DNA of 64,000 nt from an uncultured Enterobacterales bacterium. Its GTDB lineage: Bacteria; Myxococcota_A; UBA796; CAJQPC01. The DNA lies in the NCBI GenBank assembly GCA_964610645.1, contig CAZSZE010000005.1, positions 33,282-97,281 of the forward strand, written 5' to 3'. A model generated the notes under the pieces. It had not been told where the DNA came from. It saw nothing but the letters and a program-made list of their open reading frames with translations, and searched no databases. The position numbers and the translations under genes are program-made. Shown in pieces: positions 58,358 through 64,000 of this stretch; position 1 is the stretch's first letter; every line of letters starts with the position of its first letter.

Positions 58358-61336
58358 CTATTCGCTGACCGGCTCCGTCGGCGCAGACAGCCAGTCCGGC
58401 AATCCCGGCGCATCAAATCCGCCCCCATCCCGATCGACCCAGATGGGATTGGTCAGGGCAAACGGGTGGACAGCCCCATCTCGGGGAAACGCGATGGGAT
58501 CACCTGCCAAGGCCGCGAGTGCCGGCACCACGGTGATCGCTTCCGCCACCACGTCCTGCAGCTGAATGGGGGGAATATCCACCGGCGTGAACAGGGGCTC
58601 CAGGCTGTCATTGCCCACCGCGATCACCACGTACCAGGCATCCACTTCCCCGGGAACATCCACGGACTGGAGAAAGTTCACCGTGTCCACGTTGGGGGTG
58701 GTCACAGCCCAGGATTGAATCAGGGTGCCGTTTTCATAGAGCTCCACACGGTCCACATCGAACCAGGAAGGGGAGCGCACCTCGATGTCCAGGGTCACCA
58801 CCCCATCGTCCACGGAAATCTCGCTGCCAATGGGTTGATCGCCCTCCGCGTAGAGACTGATGAAGGGCCCGTAGGACAGCACCACCTGGTGGTTGCGCAC
58901 CGCCATCGCCACGTCATCCCCGGTCAGGAAGGCTGGGTTGTCCGTGGGTGCCATGACCCAGTTGCGTGGGCACCCGGCCTCGACGGTGGTCATGCCGTGG
59001 GTGTCCGAGTTGGCAAGGGCCGTGTGCTTGAACCCCAGGTTCAGCAGGGAGAACCAGTCATCCACCTGCCCCTTGACGCCGAACCCGAGCGTCTCCGCAC
59101 CGGATGCAAGGTCTGACTGCTCGGCGTCGGTGCGGGAGAGAATCTCGTACACGCTCACATCCCCGGCGTCGGCGTGCTGGTCCAGCTCGGACTGGGTGGG
59201 GGTGCGGATGAAGTCGTAGCGCTTGCCGTTGAGGATCTCAAGCGCATCGAAATCCAGGGTGAAGAACTGGGACTTGAAGAACAGGGGATTTGCCGCTGCC
59301 GCAGAAGTCCCTGGATTCGCCACGGGATTGCCCGGCGTGCCGCTGTAGGGGTCAAATCCAAACTGGTCGAAATACCCGAGGATTCCATCGCGGGGGTGAG
59401 CCACCATCGTGACCGGGTCCGCGCCGAGCTCCTTGATTCCATCGAGGATCTCCCCGGGAATCATCCCGGTCCAGTCCATGGCCCCGCCGGCCTCGTCCAG
59501 GAAGTCGTGGTCCAGGGGGAAGCCCAGGTAGTGACCGGCCTCCATGGGGGTCACCTCCAGGCCGATGGCCGACTGGACCCACTGCTCCAGGCCGAGGTCC
59601 TCGATGACCGGGGCGTAGTCCACGATCTGGTCATGATCCGAGGAAACAAGGAACTCCACCCCCTCGGCCGCCATGGTGATCACGCGATCCGGGAGCGACA
59701 CGCCGGAGTCGAAGGACGGCTGGGCATGCACATGCATGTCCGCGCTGACCCAGCCAGCGGTGTCCACCGAGTGGACCACCTGCAGCTCGATCTCCACCGG
59801 CCGGGAGACCTCCACATCGAACACCGCGCGTCCGAGTTCATACTCCGGGCCACGGGTGGCATAGGCCACGTAGGCCCCCGGGGGGAGATGCGTATCGCCG
59901 GTGCCATGGCCGGCAAAGACCACGGCCGCTGGATCGCCCCCGATAAAGCCGTCTCCCAGTATGGGGTCCAGGACCGAGGAGCCGTCCTCTGTGAACACCG
60001 TGACCTTGCCGGGAAGGGGCAGGCCCGTCTCGTCCACGATTCGAAAGGAGACCTCCCCGGTGCGGCGGGCGGCGAGGGTCAAATCCGTGGGGGAGCCGTC
60101 CTCCACGGAAATCGCGATGCGCGGCCCACTCGGTCGGCCCTTTTCGTGCACCTGCAGCTCCCAGTCGCCCTCCGCAAGCAGTCCGGAGAAGGACCCGTCC
60201 GGGTGGATGTCCTCCAGGCTGACGTCTGTGCGCCACTCGGAGTAGGGGCGCTCGCCACCGGACTTGTAGACCAGTACCTGCACGCCGGAGAGGGGGCGGC
60301 CCGTGCCTTCTTCCACCACGTGTCCCCGAACTCGCGCCCTCTTTGTTCCCCGGGCCTCCAGCACCATGTCCAGCACCGAGCCAATGTCCCCGTGGCCCAG
60401 GGCAAAGATGCGTTCATAGGTCCAGGTGGCTCCTGGCAGGGAGGCATCCACCTCCTCCACGGGAACCAAGGCACCGATGGCTGCGGTCTGGGAGGAGGCC
60501 ACCAACGGCAACAGAATCTTGCCCTGCGATGTTGCAATGCCGTAGGAGATGCCCGTGGAGGTCCCAGCCACGAGGTCCACTGCGAGGGGTTCGATAAACA
60601 GGTTTCGATTGGCTTGTTGGGCGTCGTAGACGGCGCCCAGCTCGTGGAACCCCACCTCGCTGGCAAATACGTCCATGTTCCCACCCAGGTGCACAAAGTC
60701 CCCAAGCGCCAGGCCGCCCAAGAGCGCCTGCCCCACGATGCTCTCGGGGCCATCCAATCCGGACAGGGCCTCGCCTTCGGTGTCCGGATCGATTTCAGCC
60801 CCCCCGAGGGAGACGGTGGTGCGAATCGTGACCCAGCGCTCCTTGGGGCGCAGGATGTAGTCCGTGACCACCCACCCGGGGCGAACCCCGCCCCCGGTGG
60901 AGACCAGGGGCTTCACCAGGTCCAGGAAGGGGGTCATGGGGGCACTGACCCGCACGATGGCGGCGTCCCCCGTGTCTTCGAGGATCGACACCGTGCCGCC
61001 CTCCGCCACCACCCCGGGCACAAAGAGATTGGCCGTCGAGAGCACCTCGGCCAACCGGTCGTTGCCGTGACCCCCGGACCACTGGGAGCCCCCTCGTCTC
61101 AGGTCGGCATCCAGGATGCTTCCGCCATCGATGCCCGGGCCGAAAGAGATCCGCTCCCCGGCGATGGCAAAGCGGACGCGGTCGTTCTCAAGGAGGATGT
61201 CCCCGGGTTGGGCGAGCGCCTTGGGGCCGCCGATGCCCTGGGTCAGGTCCTCCAGCACTGTGGCCCTGGCAAAACCGGGATCCGGCTCGGGTTGGCAGGA
61301 CAGGAGGACGACGGAAAGGGAGAGGAGCGTGCGCAT
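58358..61336 (-). CDS. large lipoprotein with a PHP/CehA-McbA-type metallophosphoesterase domain and a carboxypeptidase-regulatory-like domain
   Basis: MRTLLSLSVVLLSC has a lipobox. Motifs: RVRGHVVEEGTGRPLSGVQVLVY, ADMHVHAQPSFDS...LVSSDHD. Confidence 0.65.
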   Translation of the reverse strand: MRTLLSLSVVLLSCQPEPDPGFARATVLEDLTQGIGGPKALAQPGDILLENDRVRFAIAGERISFGPGIDGGSILDADLRRGGSQWSGGHGNDRLAEVLSTANLFVPGVVAEGGTVSILEDTGDAAIVRVSAPMTPFLDLVKPLVSTGGGVRPGWVVTDYILRPKERWVTIRTTVSLGGAEIDPDTEGEALSGLDGPESIVGQALLGGLALGDFVHLGGNMDVFASEVGFHELGAVYDAQQANRNLFIEPLAVDLVAGTSTGISYGIATSQGKILLPLVASSQTAAIGALVPVEEVDASLPGATWTYERIFALGHGDIGSVLDMVLEARGTKRARVRGHVVEEGTGRPLSGVQVLVYKSGGERPYSEWRTDVSLEDIHPDGSFSGLLAEGDWELQVHEKGRPSGPRIAISVEDGSPTDLTLAARRTGEVSFRIVDETGLPLPGKVTVFTEDGSSVLDPILGDGFIGGDPAAVVFAGHGTGDTHLPPGAYVAYATRGPEYELGRAVFDVEVSRPVEIELQVVHSVDTAGWVSADMHVHAQPSFDSGVSLPDRVITMAAEGVEFLVSSDHDQIVDYAPVIEDLGLEQWVQSAIGLEVTPMEAGHYLGFPLDHDFLDEAGGAMDWTGMIPGEILDGIKELGADPVTMVAHPRDGILGYFDQFGFDPYSGTPGNPVANPGTSAAAANPLFFKSQFFTLDFDALEILNGKRYDFIRTPTQSELDQHADAGDVSVYEILSRTDAEQSDLASGAETLGFGVKGQVDDWFSLLNLGFKHTALANSDTHGMTTVEAGCPRNWVMAPTDNPAFLTGDDVAMAVRNHQVVLSYGPFISLYAEGDQPIGSEISVDDGVVTLDIEVRSPSWFDVDRVELYENGTLIQSWAVTTPNVDTVNFLQSVDVPGEVDAWYVVIAVGNDSLEPLFTPVDIPPIQLQDVVAEAITVVPALAALAGDPIAFPRDGAVHPFALTNPIWVDRDGGGFDAPGLPDWLSAPTEPVSE

Positions 61337-61374
61337 GATGCGGGTTATGGTAGCCAGCCTTCCCGGAGTGGGCC

Positions 61375-62412
61375 ATGCTTCTTGCCTCCCTTGTTTGCCT
61401 GATTCCCGCCGCCCAGGCGGATGCCCCGCAACCCACAGTTCTGGTCCAGTCCTGGGCCACCGCCTGGGACCAGGACCAGAATGGCCAGTCCGACCCCAGT
61501 GGGTATGGCGATCCCGAGGATGATCCCGGCTTCAAGTTGCGCCGGGCACGCCTGGGATTCGAGGGTGCCGATGGGCAGCTTCACTACGGGATCGTCGTGG
61601 GAATGGGGGCAGCCCCCGATGGCATGACCGGGGAGGATGACAATGTCCGGGTGGTGGACGCCTATGGCGGCTGGCAGCTGCATTCGCACCTGGCGGTTCG
61701 GGCCGGCGTGCAGAAGGTTCCCTTCGGGCGAGAGCAGCTGCTATCTGCTTCCGAGCTGACCTTTCAGGAACGCTCTGTGGCATCCAACCACCTGACCCCC
61801 GGGCGGGAGCTTGGGGTGGTGGCGGCCGGCGGCAGTGGGGGCCTTGCGGTGTCGATGGGTGCCTTCAACGGCAACGGTTCCCTCCTGGGCGATGACAACG
61901 CCGGGGTGCTTCTGGCCACCCGGGCCAGCTTCAGCTCGGGCGACGGCGCCACGGACCGCACCTTTGGACACGTGGATGGCCTGGCCTGGAGCGTGGGGGC
62001 CAACGCGCTCTATGACGCGGACGTGTCCACCAACGAGCTGGGACTCGGCGCGGATCTTCTTGTGCGTGCGGGCGACCTGTCGCTCCTGGTGGAAGGACTG
62101 TCCCTGGCCCTGTCGCCGGCTGCCACAGAATTGGCTGACCCCGCGGTGCTCGGGGAGACAAGTCGCCTGGGGGCGACCCTCCAGCTTGGCTACACCGTCG
62201 GCGACTGGGAGCCGGCGCTCCGCGCTGAGTGGTTCGACGAGGACACCGAGGCCGAGGACAACGGGGACCTGCTCCACGTGGTTGCCGGGGTCACAGGCCA
62301 CTTCCTGGAAGACGCGGTGCGCACCGGTGCTGGCTTTGTGCACCGAGAGGAACTTGGAGGGAAAACCATCTCCAACGACACCGCCCGAATCTGGCTTCAA
62401 TTTCAGTATTGA
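61375..62412 (+). CDS. porin (phosphate-selective porin O/P-like)
   Basis: Signal peptide MLLASLVCLIPAAQA. Motifs: GFKLRRARLGFEG, and the C-terminus ARIWLQFQY. Confidence 0.6.
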   Translation: MLLASLVCLIPAAQADAPQPTVLVQSWATAWDQDQNGQSDPSGYGDPEDDPGFKLRRARLGFEGADGQLHYGIVVGMGAAPDGMTGEDDNVRVVDAYGGWQLHSHLAVRAGVQKVPFGREQLLSASELTFQERSVASNHLTPGRELGVVAAGGSGGLAVSMGAFNGNGSLLGDDNAGVLLATRASFSSGDGATDRTFGHVDGLAWSVGANALYDADVSTNELGLGADLLVRAGDLSLLVEGLSLALSPAATELADPAVLGETSRLGATLQLGYTVGDWEPALRAEWFDEDTEAEDNGDLLHVVAGVTGHFLEDAVRTGAGFVHREELGGKTISNDTARIWLQFQY

Positions 62413-62474
62413 CACGTCCAGAGCACCTCCTCATGGGGGCGGGTACTTGTACCGATCGATCTGAGTAGGGCACA

Positions 62475-62840
62475 ATGGATGTGGACCCTACGGAGAATCG
62501 AATGGCCATTCCTGGAATCCCAGGCGCACCGGAACCGACTTTTCGAACGCGCGATCGGGAGTACGTGAGCCTGGACCGGCTCATCCAGGACGTGTGCACC
62601 GAGCTGGCGACCCGGGACATCCTCGTGGATGCGCCCGTGGCAAAGGCGGCCGTGCAGTGTGCCCGCCACTCGGTACAGGGCTGCGAGTCCCCGGGACTGG
62701 ATGGGCTGGCCCAGCAGGTCAGCGAGGACCTGCGACGGGAACGGGTGCTCCTGGTGCCGCGGCTGGTACGACAGGTGCTGCTCGCCTATGGACGAATCGT
62801 CTCCGATCTCGACATCGCTGAGACCATCGACCAGCTCTAA
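62475..62840 (+). CDS. hypothetical protein
   Basis: 121-aa ORF with GC3-rich codon usage. No family was recognised. Confidence 0.35.
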   Translation: MDVDPTENRMAIPGIPGAPEPTFRTRDREYVSLDRLIQDVCTELATRDILVDAPVAKAAVQCARHSVQGCESPGLDGLAQQVSEDLRRERVLLVPRLVRQVLLAYGRIVSDLDIAETIDQL

Positions 62841-62843
62841 GTC

Positions 62844-64000
62844 TTGTCGCGCATCGTCACCGGCCCCCTGACCCGCGCCCTCGTGGTGGAGTCGCCCCAC
62901 GTGGACCTGGACAAGGCCTTGGAAGCCGCGGGAATCCAGGTGGAACGCCTGGACCACAGCCCGGGGGCCGCGGAGCTGGCCGAGCGGCTGGCACAGGGAC
63001 GCCACCAATTGCTCTTCAAGCGGTCCCGGGTGCCGGTGGATGCGGCTGTTGTGCGTGCAGCCCAGGACCTGGTGGCCATCCAGTTGTGTTGCATTGGGGA
63101 TGACTCCATCGACAAGGTGGCCTGCGCCGATGCGGGAATCCTCGTCTTCAACGACCCCGTGTCCAACGGGCGCTCGGTGGTGGAGCTGGTGGCGGGGCAC
63201 CTGATCGCGCTGGCCCGCGGGCTCTACCAGACCTACGAGGCCGGCCGGGGAGGGGTTTGGGAGAAGAGTGCTGTGGATCGCTGGGAGGTGAAAGGAAAGA
63301 TGCTTGGAGTGCTGGGGTTGGGACGCATCGGACGCCAGGTAGCTCGCACGGCGGAGGCACTGGGAATGGAGGTCCTGTTTCACGACAACCGGCAGGTGGC
63401 CCAGGAGGTGGGATTGGAAATGGGGTGGAATCTCGCTGAAACGCCGGAAGCGCTCTTTCGGGGTTCCGATGCGGTGACCGTCCATGTCTCTGCTGCCGAT
63501 GCCAACGGAAACAGCAACGAGGGGTTCCTGGGGCGGGATCTCCTGGCGCAGCTCGGGGCAGACCGCCCGGAGAACAGCCCCCGGATCTTCATCAACCTCG
63601 CCCGGGGATCCCTGATGCGCTCCGAGGACCTCTTGTCGGCGATTGAAGCGGGCGCCATTCGGCGGGCTGCGGTGGATGTGTTCCCCGATGAACCCATGGG
63701 CCGCACCGATCAATGGGCCAATCCCTACGCAGGAGAGCCCCGGGTGGCGACCACACCGCACATCGGTGCAGCCACGCAGGAGGCGCAGCCACGAATCGCG
63801 AAGCGGGTGGCACAGACCGCCGGCGGCTATGCCTGCACGGGCTCCATTCGGGACTGCGTGTTTTCACCCCGCACCCTGATCTCCATGGCCGAGGAAATGT
63901 CCCAGCACACGCTCTTGCTGGTGCTCCACTCCACCGCACGGGGCACCAAGAAGGCACTGGATGACGCCATCTACGAGGCGGGGGCGAGCAACCTCCGGTC
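62844..64000 (+). CDS. serA: D-3-phosphoglycerate dehydrogenase (E. coli SerA-type), 3'-truncated by the window edge
   Basis: Not in the track (TTG start, no stop in the window). My own translation gives ...ALVVESPHVDLDKALEAAGI..., VAIQLCCIGDDSIDKVACADAGILVFNDPVSNGRSVVELV, KMLGVLGLGRIGRQVA, AAVDVFPDEP, TPHIGAATQEAQ. Confidence 0.8.
   Translation, partial: MSRIVTGPLTRALVVESPHVDLDKALEAAGIQVERLDHSPGAAELAERLAQGRHQLLFKRSRVPVDAAVVRAAQDLVAIQLCCIGDDSIDKVACADAGILVFNDPVSNGRSVVELVAGHLIALARGLYQTYEAGRGGVWEKSAVDRWEVKGKMLGVLGLGRIGRQVARTAEALGMEVLFHDNRQVAQEVGLEMGWNLAETPEALFRGSDAVTVHVSAADANGNSNEGFLGRDLLAQLGADRPENSPRIFINLARGSLMRSEDLLSAIEAGAIRRAAVDVFPDEPMGRTDQWANPYAGEPRVATTPHIGAATQEAQPRIAKRVAQTAGGYACTGSIRDCVFSPRTLISMAEEMSQHTLLLVLHSTARGTKKALDDAIYEAGASNLR

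Overview
This is a GC-rich bacterial chromosomal window that is densely coding on both strands. No rRNA, IS element, integrase or CRISPR array was found. All homology calls below rest on motifs I recognised by eye, not on computed searches. The gene content (many lipoproteins, MopE-type Cys-rich repeat proteins, LVIVD repeats) suggests a Myxococcota/deltaproteobacteria-like organism, but that is inference only.

Ordinary content:
- An aldo/keto reductase, divergent from a four-gene cluster of glutamine-synthetase-like ligase, aldehyde dehydrogenase, Fe-alcohol dehydrogenase and an OPA-type MFS transporter.
- A thiolase, GT2 glycosyltransferases, two AstE/AspA-family hydrolases and a GGDEF cyclase.
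- tRNA-Arg(CCG).
- An 11-gene nuoA-B-C-D-H-I-J-K-L-M-N operon with no nuoE/F/G.
- A PfkB kinase, an FAH-family hydrolase, Ggt, a rhomboid protease, queG, trxB and a partial serA.

Observations worth a second look:
1. An in-frame TGA at 44973-44975 sits exactly at the first Cys of a thioredoxin-fold W-C-x-x-C motif, with a SECIS-like hairpin just downstream. This points to a multidomain lipoprotein selenoprotein (LVIVD propeller plus a TlpA-like domain carrying U-x-x-C).
2. That gene lies in a 44.6-52.2 kb envelope-redox neighbourhood: a beta-helix lipoprotein, an OM barrel, an ArsS-family radical SAM protein, a pentaheme cytochrome c and a DM13 protein. The three-gene radical SAM/cytochrome/DM13 block is bracketed by a truncated GT2 gene and a frameshifted OM-barrel gene.
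3. A divergent pair of giant lipoproteins is built from MopE-like Cys-rich repeats. One ends in an ALK/LTK-type glycine-rich domain and the other in a fibrinogen-related-like domain.
4. A tandem array of about 72-nt two-hairpin modules (37418-37735) lies downstream of that pair.
5. Smaller items: an orphan HsdM-HsdS fusion methyltransferase next to a small HTH gene with a palindromic operator, a degenerate SIR2-like gene coupled to the PfkB kinase, a lone tandem BMC-like protein, and a split RdgC-like pair.
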